Below, piece by piece: positions 25,780 through 39,700 of a stretch of 64,000 bases of DNA (position 1 is its first letter; each line of letters opens with the position of its first letter). The notes below the pieces were generated by a model. That model searched no databases and was not told where the DNA came from. It saw nothing but the letters and a program-made list of their open reading frames with translations. The position numbers and the translations under genes were made by a program. The DNA is taken from contig OZ024743.1 of the NCBI GenBank assembly GCA_964016885.1, positions 268,832,001 through 268,896,000 on the forward strand, written 5' to 3'. This DNA is from Eledone cirrhosa (Eukaryota).

Positions 25780-26880
25780 CAATAATATCACCCCCCCCCC
25801 TACCACCACCACCACCATCATCACTATAATGACCATTCTCGCCGCTACTATCTCCACCATCACCATCACATCACCCCTATCACAAACACCACTACTATAA
25901 CCACCACCACCACTTTCACCATCACCATCACCACTAGCAATGACACGAACACCACCACCATCACCATCACCTCCACCATCACCACCATCACCACTAGCAA
26001 TGACACAAACACCACCACCACCCACCTCCACCATCACCACCATCAACACCATCACCACTGGCAATGACACGAACACCACCACCACCACCATCACCATCAC
26101 CTCCACCATCACCACCATCACCACTAGCAATGACACAAACACCACCACCACCCACCTCCACCATCACCACCATCACCACTAGCAATGACACGAACACCAC
26201 CACCATCACCATCACCATCACCCCCAACACCACCACCACCACCACCATCAGCATCACCGCCACCATCACCACCATCACCACCATCACCACTAGCAATGAC
26301 ACAAACACCACCACCACCCACCTCCACCATCACCACCATCAACACCATCACCACTGGCAATGACACGAACACCACCACCATCACCATCACCATCACCCCC
26401 AACACCACCACCACCACCATCAGCATCACCGCCACCATCACCATCATCACACCAACAATAAAATCAACCCCACCACCACCACCACCATCAACAACAACAA
26501 TGACACCAATGCCATCATCATCACGACCATTATCATAACCACTGTGCCACCGCCACAATCACCTCCTTCACCACTACTCTCACTACAACTCTCACCACTA
26601 CTACCCGCGCCACCATCACCACTATCACAACGAGCAATGATCCCAATGCCTTCACCATTGACACTACTTTCACCACTACCACTACCACCACCACTACCAC
26701 CACTATTACTACCAACACCAATACCACCACTATCACTACCATCACCATTATCACCACCACTATCACCATCAAACACCATCAAACACCACCACCACCATCA
26801 CTAAGAACAACAACAGCAGCTATAGTACTATTACCACCACTACCAACATCAACTCTCCCATCCCCACCACTAACAGCAAT
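25780..26880. repeat. (CAC/CAT)n-derived minisatellite with higher-order units
   Basis: Recurrent CCACTAGCAATGACACGAACACCACC. Confidence 0.9.
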
Positions 26881-27917
26881 AGTAACATTAACAGACATGA
26901 AATCTGGTGTTGACAGAACTATATCAAGCAAACACAAACTACGGGGCTGCTCAGTTGTTTGAGGACATTTGCAGGAATTTAGTAAAAGACGCATACATTA
27001 TGAAAAATAAAGAGCTTATATAAGAATAAATTGGCGCGAATAATCTCAGACCTGCCAGCCCAGAAAAACCCAAACGGGGAGTACCCTGAAAATTGTGCCC
27101 CAAAACGGAGAGAAATGAGGCAAAATGAGGAGATACAATGAAAGCAGACCAAGCGCTTTACAATTGATATTCCACTACTTTCGTCATTCAAATTGCTGAC
27201 CTTGTTCCTAAATTAGAAACAGTTGTATGTAGGATGTAGGGAGCGGAAGAAAAACAACAACAAATTAATTATTCATGAATTACATGTATCTGGCTGAAGT
27301 AATAATCTTTGTTTGATTATTTTTGATCAAATTGCTGAATTCTGGGACATAAACACACATACACACACGCACGCAGGTACACACACACACACACGCACAC
27401 GCACACACGTGTTGATGGGGCTGGTGATGTCAATGTTGATATCATTGATGCTGTTATTGTTGTTAATGATATTATTGGTGTCACTGCTTATCCCTATTTC
27501 TGGGCTAATCGGACAGATACCTAGTTTTAATGAGAACCCAACCGTGTCATTCTGTGGCTTTGTAGGACTCCGTTATTTAATGTATCCATTCTTAATTAAG
27601 TGTGTGAGGGGGGGGGGGGGCAGAGGCCCCTCAAAAAGAAAAAAAAATGGAATCACTTCCTAATAAGAGGCAATTAGGTATTTGTTTCTTATTAGGAGCA
27701 GTTCAACCTCTTCTCGCAAAAAAAAATATAGTGTACACATATTTTCTGATAGTCAGCCAACAGATGGCTGATTATAATCCACAGTACAGTTGGAACAGGT
27801 AGTGTGTGCTTGGATGATATGGAATGGCGCGTGATCGGGAGGGGCCAGCCTAAATAGGCAAATCCGGAAGACACTCGAAAACCACAAAACTATCACGGTG
27901 GTTCACAGAGAATGTGC

Positions 27918-28155
27918 AATGAATTGACAGAGTTGTTAGAGCGACGAATTAAATACTTCGGTATTTGTTCCAGCCATCCGTGCTCTGAGTTCAAATCCCT
28001 CCGGAGCTAACTTTGCCGTTTATCCTTTTGTGGTTCACAAATAAAGTTGCAGTGAAAGGGCGGTGGATTAGTGGAATTGTTAAAGAAGATTCGGACTGGA
28101 TGATTTGTCGTATGTGTTCCGGTTCTATGTATTCTAATTTCAAATCTCCTCCCCA
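27918..28155 (+). mobile_element. Two diverged or truncated family A SINEs
   Basis: GAGTTCAAATCCC...CTTTGCCGTTTATCCTTTTGTGG; second head GGCGGTGGATTAG. Confidence 0.6.
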
Positions 28156-28471
28156 ATCAATGAATATCCGATGACGCTACACCTTCCTCGGTAGGCTGGC
28201 CTGATCTCTTGTGTGAAATAATTGACCTTAGAAAGCAATCATCAATATTCTCAACTACCAATTGAATATGTTCATGATGTTTTGCATACTGTTGTAAGCC
28301 AACATAACGATTAAAAGGTGCAGCGAGACAGGAAATAAGACTGTGGGACAAGACAAAGAATTACTCATGTGGCACTATGAACCACTTGAAGGATTTCTGT
28401 CCAGAGAAGTTAGAAATATTTTCATGTTTTGTTTAAAATTATATCTTGTTTTAATCATTGTGTGTTATATA

Positions 28472-28675
28472 CAGGGTGGACTAGAATTCATGACTCACTT
28501 GATTATCTGTAGATTAACACAAAATGTTATAAAACAAGTTAAGAAATATAGTACCATATACAGGCATAAGATCATGAACAACATACGGTAAATAAAATAA
28601 ATTAAAACAATAAAATAAAATAAGCATTTTAAGAAATATAACTAACAAGCGAGTCATAAATTCTGGCCCACCCTG
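28472..28675. mobile_element. Tc1/mariner-type MITE
   Basis: TA-CAGGGTGGACTAGAATTCATGACTCACTTG ... CAAGCGAGTCATAAATTCTGGCCCACCCTG-TA imperfect TIRs. Confidence 0.8.
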
Positions 28676-28849
28676 TATAATTTTATATTTATTTATTTTT
28701 TATCAATTGTTAATACATAAATTATATAACGTCGTAAGCCAAAACGTTGCTTTTGTATAACTTTGTCTTCTTCATTTCCACAGTATGTTTTGTAACCAAT
28801 ACGTTTTAAGAGAGGCTAATAAAGAATAAGTTATTATTACTATTATTTT

Positions 28850-29357
28850 TATTGGTAAAGAGTCGGACACCATGCTTTGCAGCATAGAGATACGTCCCTT
28901 TACGGTCTGATTTCAAACCCCCGCCGTAACGTACTGGGGTCGATTTAATGGACTTTCCCATCCCCCAAATTACTGGCCTTGTGCCTATACTAGAAATTAT
29001 TATTATTATTATTATAAGGTCGGTAGATTGGAAGTATCGGTAGAGCATCGGATACCATACTTTGCAGCATAGAGTTATGGCCTTTTACTTTCTCAGTTCA
29101 AATCCCGCTGAGATTAGCTTTGCCTTTCATCCTTACGGGGTCAATAAAATAAAGTACCAGTCACGCACTGGGATCGATTTAATCGATTTTTCCCCTCCCC
29201 CAAAATTGATGGCTAAGTGCCTATATAAGAAACCATTATTATTCTGAGCTCAAATCCGGCCGAGGTTAGCTTTGCCTTTCATCCTTACGGGGTCGATAAA
29301 ATAAAGTACCAGTAATACACTGGGATAATTGCTGGCCTTGTGCCAATAGTAGAAACA

Positions 29358-29393
<36 letters not shown>

Positions 29394-29402
29394 ATTATTA
29401 TT
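28850..29402 (+). mobile_element. Three head-to-tail family A SINEs separated by (ATT)n, directly upstream of Tx1 copy 1
   Basis: Units at ~28850-28996, 29017-29240 and 29243-29358; final tail GGCCTTGTGCCAATAGTAGAAACA(ATT)n. Confidence 0.85.
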
Positions 29403-29617
29403 GGCGACCTACGTAGTAAATCGTATCATTGTGAGCTCCACAAAGGTTTGTTATTTTCAGTTGTTTAAAATTGCCATTCATGGAAAATTTTTATTGTTAA
29501 CTGTATATAAGGGCACATACATTGTTATCTGAAAAGAACACCCAAAAAGATTGGGGCCTTGAGTCCAAAATTTAAACTTTTATAATTATCAAACAAAAAT
29601 TTTTTCTTTGAAAAATC

Positions 29618-31553
29618 ATGGCTGACTCAGAGTCACTCCTTTCTCACAAACTAACACCTCACACCGACACCACCATTGTAAATATTACTACGTTTGCCAA
29701 CACTAAAAATATAAGCAGTAGCAATATTTTAAATTTGTCTCAGGCAGACATTCATTTCCCGCCATTACCAATGACTGCAGGTGCTAAAGCCGCCACCACC
29801 ACCACCACCGCGACAACCACCACCCCAACCACCACCGCGACAACAGAAACAAAAGAAAGAAAGAAATTAACTCGTGATATCGAAATGAATTCAACCAAAA
29901 TGAACTCTTCCACACCGAACACCACTGATGCCACCACCACCACAACTGAAACTAAAATTAATAATAACAAAAATAACGATAACAATAACAGCAACAATGA
30001 CATTAAGAAAACCACCCTGAGTTTTGCCAGAGTAGCAAAACAGTGCGAAGCATTTCAGGTAACTCGGGAGGAATTAGAAGAGGCCAAAAAAATGGTAAAG
30101 AAAGATGGGTACAGGGTCAGCCTCACCCCCCTCCCCCAACCTAATAAAATGGAGCATCGGCGCCTATGCACCGTGTCTTATCGAACAATTAATATAAAAT
30201 CGCGCCGAGTGGAACGGGCATCCGAGTCCCAAATCCAAAAAGCTTTGGGACATGTGTGGGCAAAAAAAACCCACATCAGACGTGGGCAGAAGTATGGAAC
30301 CGTGGACGTGTTCTTTGAAACACCACAGGAGGCTAGAGAACACTCCATGGCCCCATTAAGAAGTGACGACTTCACACTCGTCCCAAGCTATTGTGGCCAG
30401 AGTCTCGTAAAGATCAGGGTCACCCACGTTCCACCGGCCATCGAAATTCCCTGGCTAATAGCTGCCGTCCTCGCCGGCATCGAAGCCAACACCAAGACAA
30501 TCGAAATAGCGAAAGAAAAGCAGGAGAACTGGTACGGAGCTGGGATGGAGCTCCTAATCCAAGCGGACCAAAAAAGCATTGAGGAGATCCCAGAGGTAAT
30601 AGACCTCACTGACGGCAGCCACCTCACCGTAATTGTAGAGGGCAGAAGGCCTAGGTGTGTCGTTTGTGGTGAAGGAACCCACCTAAGGGCTTTCTGCCCT
30701 CAGGCTAAAAGGTTGAGGCCACCTCTCCTACCCACCCCAGTGACTCAACCATCAACACCACCAGCAGCAGAGATGGCAGCAACAACAGAAGCAACTGTAA
30801 CAGCAACAACCCCAGCAACAGTAGCAAAACCAACACCACCACCACCCAACGCGCCAAAACTAGCACCAGCGCCTACACCATCCACCAAGCCACAACCAAA
30901 ACTAACGCCTGTGGAGGATTTTCCACTCCCCGGCCTATCACAACTGGAGACAGATTGTGACGACGCGGAGTTGGAAACGGTATCAGGAAAAAAGAAAAAA
31001 AGAAACCAAAAAAGAAAAAAATTCTCTTCCTTCCCCCTCCAAAAACAAAATACAGAGGGAAACAAATAAACTATCAAACAAAAAGGTTAGGACAGATATG
31101 CCACCATCCACACCAGAATCACCAACCCCATCACCCCAAACACCAACACCATCATTAACCCCAACACCACCATCACCTACACCACAAAAGTCACCAAAAC
31201 GCGAAACAGAAACAAACCCACAACAAACACAAACAAAACAAAACAACCAAAACGATACACACTACACAGCATTAAATTTGAACAACAACCAATTATTACA
31301 CTACATCCAACACAACACCAGCATCACAGAAAAAGACTACACAACAACCCAAAAGTTCACACCACCTCCACACATACAAATCACTCGCATCACACAGAAA
31401 GCGTACATGACACTAAAACAAAAATTTCCCAAAGATATCGTAGACTTCCGAAAAGCACTCTCCAGGAGGATTTATAAGGACATCCTTCCTGAGGAGGCCA
31501 CAAGCAGTGAAAAGGATGGAGAAACCGTCCTTCCTCTACGAGAAGTAAGGTAA
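29618..31553 (+). pseudogene. Tx1 copy 1 ORF1 (gag-like zinc-knuckle protein), frameshift near 31000-31070
   Basis: SFARVAK motif, CVVCGEGTHLRAFC knuckle, basic patch, T/P-rich linkers; homologous to ORF1 of copies 2 and 3. Confidence 0.85.
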
Positions 31554-31587
31554 GTGGTCTTTCCCATCTTTTCCACTCCATTTCAAC

Positions 31588-34500
31588 ATGACCTCACTCA
31601 GAATAGGCAGCATAAATGCACGTGGCTTGGGGTCGTCATGGAAGCAGGGCCACCTGCTCAACGACCTCAGGTCACTAAACATAGATGTAGTGGCTATCAG
31701 CGAGACCAGAATCTACGAAGCACGGGCCTTCGCACCGATCTTCGGCGGCTACGATGTGTACGCATCTCCCAGCCGTTCGGGATCGGGGGGAAGAGTTGCT
31801 GTGCTTTTTCGGAGAGGTTTGGATCTTGCCATACGGGCCATCTTCCTGGACCCAGAAGGTGAGTTGGTGGTGCTGGACGTGACCAGCGGAGACGGGCAAG
31901 ATTTCAGGCTAGTGGCCGTCTATGCCCCGACAAGAGCAGGGCGGCCTGATTTCTTCCGGCGTCTGGAGACCTTTCTTGGAACGTCCCGCTCTTTAGTGTT
32001 AGTGGGCGACTAGAACGGGATCTTAGATGCACGCTGGGACTGTGTGGGATTAGTGGGTAGGGGAGGAGGGTGCAAGAGTCTCACCAACCTGCTCAGGCGT
32101 TTTGAACTGTCTGACAGGTACCGATTGGATTTCCCGAATGTGCCAATGTGAACTTGGACAAATCGCATAGGGTCATCCAGATCATATCTAGATAGAGTAT
32201 TTTGTAGGGAAATAGATAGGTCTAGCATAGGCTGTCCACAATTCAAGATAGTCAGCTACATAGACCACAAATTCGTGATCTGTGTGCTTGACTTAGATAG
32301 GCTTCATAGACGAGGACCCGGCTACTGGAACCTAAACGCGTCCTTACCAGCGCGCAAGGCCTACAGAGACCGGATTAGCGAACTAGTTAAGCGGGAGTTG
32401 ACGGGGCCATCGTCAACAACAAGTGGTGGTTTGCTCTGAAAAGAGCGATTAGAATAGAGTCCATTAGGTTTAGTAAGACTTTAGCAATAGAGAAAAATAG
32501 AGCAGAGGGAGAATTAGTTAGAAAATTAGATGAGGCGCTTAGCAAAGGCATCGCGACCGACGTACTTGCGGCAAAATTGGCCCTTGACCAATTCTTCAAT
32601 GCAAAGCACGAAGGCTGCGTTGTCAGAGCTAGGGTGCGTGCTCTCAGACACGAGGGGACGAAAGCCGTTCAATGGGCCCGAGTGCGGAGGCGCGTCGTGG
32701 CAACAAGGCCACGATCCGGTCTTTGGTGGACCACGACGGGCGCATGCTACTCGATCCCGGGAAAATGTGTGAAGCTTTTCAGCGACACTTCGCTCAACTG
32801 TTCGGGGGCAGCGGCGGGCCGGATCGAGGGATGGACTTTAGTGTCTACCTCGACGGACTGCCGCGGCTCTAGGCCACTGAGGCGGAGTGTTGCGAAAAGC
32901 CGATAACAGCCGCTGAAGTACGGGAGGCAATGACTGGCTGCACAAGGGGTAAATCGCCTGTTTTGGATGGTCTGCCCTATGAACTTTACGCACAAATGCC
33001 AGACTTGTTCGGAGGCCTCTTGGCGGACGTCTACTGCAACTGGCAACAGAACGGGAGAATTCCCAGCTCTGTGAAACGAGGAGCGGTAGCGCTGCTGAGA
33101 AAGGATCCGAACAAGGGGGATAACATAGATAATTTTAGGCCCATTACTCTGCTAAACACAGAGTTCAAGATTTTGGCCAAGGTGCTAGCAAAGAGGTTGG
33201 CGCTTGTCGTTGGTAGTCTGGTGGGAGAGGCGCAGACATGCGCCATTCCTGACAGATCCATCCACGACAACCTCCACCTCATGCGATACATCGTAGAGAG
33301 GGTAGCTAGGGAACCTGGCACGGGTGGGTCCTTGATCAATTTAGATCAGTCGGAAGCTTTCGATAGGGTCGACCATCGTTACCTAGCGGCAGTCCTGAGG
33401 GCGGCTGGCTTTGGGCCCGTCTTCAGAGGCTGGATCGCTGCCATGCACAGCGACATCTGCTCTGTGGTGAGAGTGAACGGTCACCTTTCGGAACCGTTCA
33501 ACATCATGCGCTCGGTCCGCCAAGGATGTCCCCTCTCGTCCCTCTTGTACGTATTGACTCTCGAGCCATTACTGCACAAACTAGAGACGTTGAGGGGGTT
33601 CCCGCGCGAACTAGGATGCGGAAGATCCGTGTCAGCATATGCGGAGGATGTCACCGTAGTGGTGTCGAACGCCAAACACATCGAGGCGATCGGCACTACA
33701 CTAAGAGAATACGAAGCGGTGACAGGAGCAATGATCAACCAGGAAAAGTCAGTGGGCCTGCAGCTCGGCACCTGGAGAGGCAGGTCCATGCCGTCCAACA
33801 GCGTCGTCTGGCGCTGGACGGACGGACCGGTTAAATTGCTAGGGGTCTGGTTCGGTCCGGACCTCCAGACTGAAAAAAACTGGGACGAGGTGATGAGCAG
33901 GGTGGCTTCTCTCACCCAGAAATGGGCCGAGAGGAAGCTATCCCTGAAAGGTCGAGCGGATGTGGCTAACGCGTACATCGCGTCCGTCATCTACTACCGC
34001 CTGACCGTTGTACCTTGTCCTAAGCCCCGCCTGACTGCGCTGGAGCGTTTGCTCTTTCGCTTTTTGTGGAAGGGACGCGCTCCGATGGTCAGGCGGTCCA
34101 TCTGCTGTCAACACCCGCTACGTGGAGGGCTGGGCATGCCGTGGTTGATGATGCGCAGACACGCGCTCAGGCTACGACATCTCCACCTTTTCCTTGACGG
34201 TGATCAGGTGTGGTCGCCGTTTGCTAGACACGTCTTTCCCCAGCTCGTCTCCTTGACGGAGCTGCAGTCCTGGGTCAAGCGAAGACCGAGAGGGAGCGCT
34301 TGGAGACTGGAATGTCTTCAGGCGCTCACAGCCCTCGACCAATCGGGCAATGTGATCGGTGGAAACTCCACCTTGGCGTTCTATAGAGGATTAGTAGAGG
34401 GGAAGAGCGACGACGTACTTGGAGAAACTCTAGGCGTCGACGAAAATCAACTAGCCAATCTCTTCGGAAGGACTTTCGGGCCGGGGCCTATGGACAACTT

Positions 34501-35005
34501 CCAGAAATCCTTGGCCTGGCAGTGCTACCGAGGAGCTTTGCCAGTTCGGGATAAACTGTACAGGCATGGAGGTGCCGTCAGCCGGACATGTCCGAGATGC
34601 GCGCAGGGCGACGAAACCGTCCTGCACGCACTCGTCCAGTGTCCGAGCATTGCTGACTTGTGGGTTTATGTCGAACACCTGCTGTCACGTGTAGGACGGA
34701 TCCAGCTATCAGCTGAGTCCATCGTGAGGATTGCCCCGCCCTCTTCCTTTAGCCGGGAAGGGCAGGCAGTATTTATCTGTCTGGTGGCCATGGCGAAAGA
34801 GATAGTATGGTGGACACGTTTGAAAGGGCTGAAGACGAGCACTTACCTCTTCGGTGATGCCCTGATTAACTTTTTCAAATTTCATTTGAAAAGGAAAATC
34901 AGGGTAGAGAGGGAAGTGCTCTCTTCCCAGCATTTTGTTGAAAGATGGGTGAGAGAAGCAAGTATGGCCCGAGTGAATGGGCCTACTCTAAGTATGTGTC
35001 TGTAA
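31588..35005 (+). pseudogene. Tx1 copy 1 ORF2 (AP endonuclease-reverse transcriptase), disrupted
   Basis: SINARGL, ISETR, AVYAP, LVGD*N, SYLDR, GYW.LN; RT KSP.LDGL, NFRPITLLN, AFDRVDH, SVRQGCPLS, AYAED (YADD mutated); CPRC..ETVLH..QC; stop at 32011 and further stops and frameshifts. Confidence 0.92.
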
Positions 35006-35273
35006 ATTAAAGGTGGAAAACTGGGAGAGGGCACTTGCCCTGGTGGTCAGGGTCACTGTGGTCTTTTAATGGGCTTTCTCCACAAATGTCCCTCGGAAGT
35101 CTCCTCCCTATTGGGGAATTTTTCATTGTTATTTTTTATTACATCCTCTGTTTTTTTTGTTTTTTTTTTACACGCAGAAATGCCGATTTGTACCGTCCTG
35201 TATTGTCCTGTACTGTCCTTAATGTCTACTTTATGTAAACCCTTGTGGTTAATAAAGAAAACATTATCATTAA

Positions 35274-35304
<31 letters not shown>

Positions 35305-35764
35305 GTATAAATTATTAAGTTACAAAGACTTTTGTCGTATGTTTATAACCTGGTCACTGACTCTTCTTTTCACTCTTTCTAAATAAGAGATAAAAATCGA
35401 TAAACAAGACACACACACACACGTCCACACATACTCGTCTACACACACGTACACACCAAAATATAAACACACGTCCACGTCTGCACACGCACAGCTCCAA
35501 GGTGAATAACTTATCTTCCAGCAAGATTGATCAGGAAAACGGTAAATGTATATGTGTGTGTGTATGTGTATGTGTGTGTGAGAGTGTGTGTGTGTGAGTG
35601 TGCGTAGGCAGAGAGTGAGAATGGGGGGAGAGAAAGAGAGAAGGTGAGGCGAGAGAGAGAGACAGATCGAGAGACAGAGATTATGTGAATGAAAGAGAAA
35701 GAGCATGTGTGAGAGATAGAGAATATCTGTGTGGGCGTGAATGTGTATGTGACAGAGAAAGAAA

Positions 35765-35798
<34 letters not shown>

Positions 35799-35911
35799 GA
35801 GAAAGTTATGGAGAAAGGGAGAGAGAGATAGAGAGAGAAAGAGGGAGAGAGAGAGGGGGGCACAGAGAGAGAGAGAAAGGGGGGACAGAGGGGGGGACAG
35901 AGAGAGAGTGA

Positions 35912-35950
<39 letters not shown>

Positions 35951-36169
35951 GAGAGAGAGAGAGAGAGAGAGAAAAGCAGAGAAAATATTTCACAAGAGAA
36001 TACCGACGCAGGATACACGCCATTAATTATAATACATCAAACACAATCAACTCGAAACAGGAGAGAGAAGACCATCTGACGTACGAGAAGATGAAATAAG
36101 TTGCTGGTGAAGAAAAAATAAATACATTTCTGTAGTTCAAGAGGATGAGGAGGAGGTGCATAATTATAA

Positions 36170-36730
36170 TTCTTTCTAACATTGGCACAAGACCAGAAAT
36201 TTTGGGGGTAGTCGATAATATCGACCTCCGTACTTAACTGGTACTTTATTTTATCGAAATCAGAAGGATGAAAGGCAAAGTTGAACGCAGAGGAATTTTA
36301 GCTCAAAACATAAATACCTTATGGCATTTCTTCCACACTCTAACGGCTCTACCAATTCACCAACGTTCTTCTTGTTATTATTATCTTTACACAGCTTTCA
36401 TTAAGCCGTTCTCTCTATAAAACCTCCTCTTTCTCACCACTCATCATTCCCATCTATTATCGCAGATCTTTGACACCTTACTTAAACGAAAAGGGCAGAA
36501 TCATGTAATGAATTCTTCTTCTTCTTCTTAACAATAATAATTGTTTCTACTTTTGGGACAAGGACAGCAATTATCCCAGTGTATTACTGGTACTTTATTT
36601 TATCGACACCGTAAGGATGAAAGGCAAAAATAACCTCGGCGGGATTTGAACTAAGACCATAAAGGGCCGTAACTCTTTGCTGCAAAGCATGGCGTACGAA
36701 CCTCTACTGATACTGCCAACCCACTACCCT
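36170..36730 (-). mobile_element. Two family A SINEs (36170-36365, 36537-36730) co-oriented with and downstream of Tx1 copy 2
   Basis: Reverse-complement cores CTGGTACTTTATTTTATCGA...AAGGATGAAAGGCAAA; the head at 36730 abuts the (AAT)n tract of copy 2. Confidence 0.85.
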
Positions 36731-36766
<36 letters not shown>

Positions 36767-36793
36767 TATAATAATAATAATAATAATAATAAT

Positions 36794-39700
36794 GAATTTC
36801 CTTATTGGCCACAAGGGCTGACATCAAGAAAAACATTTCAGACGGTACAGGACGTACAGTACGTTTTGTGCGTGTAAAGATTTCTATTATTTATATAAGA
36901 AACGAAAAAAGACAAAATAAGACATAGAAACATATATATATATAAACAATAAAAATGAAAATTCAAACAATGAAAAAATTCCCCAATAGGGGGGAAACCT
37001 CTGAGGGTTACTCGTGGCGAAAACCACACAAAAGACCACGGCCGCCCTGACCACCAGGGCAAGCGCCCTCTCTCAATTTTTCCATTCATCAAACTACAAG
37101 CGTATATATATTTCAGAGCGGTCCCGTTCACTTGGACCATTTTCGCTACATTCACCCACCTTTCAACAAACTTGCTAGAAGACAGCACTTGCCTCTCCAC
37201 CCTGATTTTCCTTTTCAAGTGAAACTTGAAAGAGTTAATCAGGGATTCGCCGAAGAGGAAAGTGTCTGTCTTTAACCCTTTCAACCTTGTCCACCACACA
37301 ATCTCTTTCGCCATGGCCACCAGGCAGATGAAACGCGCCTGACCTTCCTCCTCGAAGGAAGACGGCGAGACCATCTGCACAAAGGACTCAGTCGATAACC
37401 GGATAGGTCCTACACGCGACAGAAACTCTTCGACATAGCTCCTCAAGTCAGCATGTTCGGAGACTGAACGAGTGTGTGCACGACGGTTTCGTCGCTCTGC
37501 GCGCATCTCGGACAGGCTCGGCTGACGGCACTTCCGTGCTTATCTCGAACCGGCAACGCTCCCCGGTAGCACTGCCAGGCCAGGGATTTCTGGATGTTAT
37601 CCATAGGCCCTGGGTTGAAAGTACTTCGACGCCCAGGATCTCTCTGAGAACGTCGTCGCTCTTCCCCTCCACTAGTCCTCTATAGAACGCCGAGGTGGAT
37701 GTTCCACCGATACAGGTGTCCAGCTGGCAGAGGGCGGTGAGCACCTGGAGACATTCCAGTTTCCAAGCGTTATCACTCGGTCATTTCCTGACCCAGGACT
37801 GCAGCTCTGTCAAGGAGACGAGCTGTGGGAAAACGTGCCTGGCGAACGGCGACCACACCTGTTCACCGCCAAGGAAGCACCAGAGATGTCGCAACCTCGG
37901 CGCATGTTTGCGCATCATCAGCCATGGCATGTCCAGTCATCCACGCAACGGGTGTTGACAGCAGATGGATTGTAAGCCGACTCGGATTTCCCGCATCCTA
38001 GTTTGCATCGTAGACGCCCCTCATCACCCCCAGTTTTGGCAGTACGGCTCGAGAGCCAATACGTACAAGAGGGACGAGAAGGGACAACCTTGGCGCACCG
38101 AGCGCATGATGCTGAACGGCTGCGACAGGTGACCGTTCACCATCACAAGCGAACAGATGTCGCTGTACATCGCAGCGATCCAACCCCTGAAAACGGGCCC
38201 GAAACCGGCTGCCTCGAGGACCGCCGCCAGGTACCGATGGTCGACCCTATCGAATGCTTTGGATTGATCCAAGTTGATCAGGGCCCCACCCGCGCCAGGT
38301 TGCTTAACCACCCTCTCTACGATGAATCGTATGAGGTGGAGGTTATGGTGTATGGATCTGTCCGGAATCGTAGATATCTGCGCCTCTCCCACCAGATCCT
38401 CGACGACAAGCGCCAATCTTGAACTCTGCGTTTAGCAGAGTTATGGGCCTGAAGTTATCGATAACACCCCCCTTGCTCGGGTGTTTTCTCAGAAGCGCCA
38501 CCGCTCCCCGGCTCACAAAACTCGGAATGCTCCCGTTCTGCTGCCAGTTGCAGTAGACGTCTGCCAAGAGGTCATCCAACAAGTCTGGCATAAATGCATA
38601 AAGCTCATAGAGCAGACCATCCAAACCTGGCGATTTACCCCTCGTGCAGTTTGCCATCGCTTACCGTATTTCACCGGCTGTTATTGGCTTTCGCAACACT
38701 GTGCTGTGGTCGTCAACAACCGAGGCAATCCGTCGAGGTGTGCACTGAAGTCTATACCCCGACCCGGCCCGCCGCTTCTCCCGAACATTTCAGCAAAGTG
38801 CTGCTGAAAAGCCTCACACATCTGCTCGGTTTCGAGAAACACGCGCCCGTTTTGGTCAGACAAAGACCGAATTGTGGCTTTGTTGCCACGTCGCGCCTCT
38901 GCTACCCGGGCCCATTGGACAGCTTTCGTTCCGGCGTGTTTCAGAGCACGCGCTCTAGCTCTGACAACGCAGCCTTCGTGTTTTGCGTTGAAGAAATGGT
39001 CGTGTGCCAATCTCGCCGCAAGCACGTCGGTTGCGATGCTTGTCCTAAACGCCTCTTCTAGCTTTCTGACTAGCTCTCCCTCTACTCTATTTTCCTCTAT
39101 CGCTACTCCTTTGCTAAACCTAATCGACTCTACCTAAATTGTTCTTTTCAGGACAAACCACCACCTTTTGTTGACGACCGCTCCCGTCAACGCACGCTTA
39201 ACTAATACGCTAATCCGTCTCTGTAGGCTTTGCGCGCCGGGAAAGGCGCGTTCAGCTTCCAGTAACCGGCTCCTTGTCTATGAAGTCTGTCTATGTTGAT
39301 CTCACAGATCACAAATTTGTGGTCTGTGTAGTCGACTATTTTAAATTGTGGACAACCTATACTAGCCTTATCTAGTTCCCTGCAGAATACCTTATCTAGA
39401 TACGATCTGGATGACCCGATGCGGTTTGTCCATGTCCACATTGGCAAATTCGCGTGATCCAGTCGATACCTGTCAGACAGTTCAAAACGTCTGAGCAGGT
39501 TGGTGAGGTTCTTGTACCCTCCTCCCAACACAATCCCAGCGTGCATCCAAGATACCGTTCCAGTCGCCCACTAACACTAAAGAGCGGGACGTTCTCAGAA
39601 AGGTCTCTAGACGTCTGAAGAAATCTGGCCGTCCTGCCCCTATCGGGGCATAGACGGCTACTAGTCTGAAAGCGTTGCCTTTGGTGCCATTCACGTCCAG

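Larger units (their letters stand above)
29403..35262 (+). mobile_element. Near-full-length Tx1-like (L1 group) non-LTR retrotransposon, copy 1, inactivated
   Basis: 5'UTR, ORF1 with CCHC knuckle, ORF2 with APE, RT and C-terminal zinc finger, AATAAA at 35251; (ATT)n on both sides. Confidence 0.92.

Noticed and set aside
20704-29240. tRNA genes suggested by A and B boxes
   Set aside because: No cloverleaf, and each runs into the SINE core and tail.
32930-35005. 691-aa RT ORF as an active gene
   Set aside because: The catalytic motif reads YAED, and the upstream endonuclease region has stops and frameshifts.
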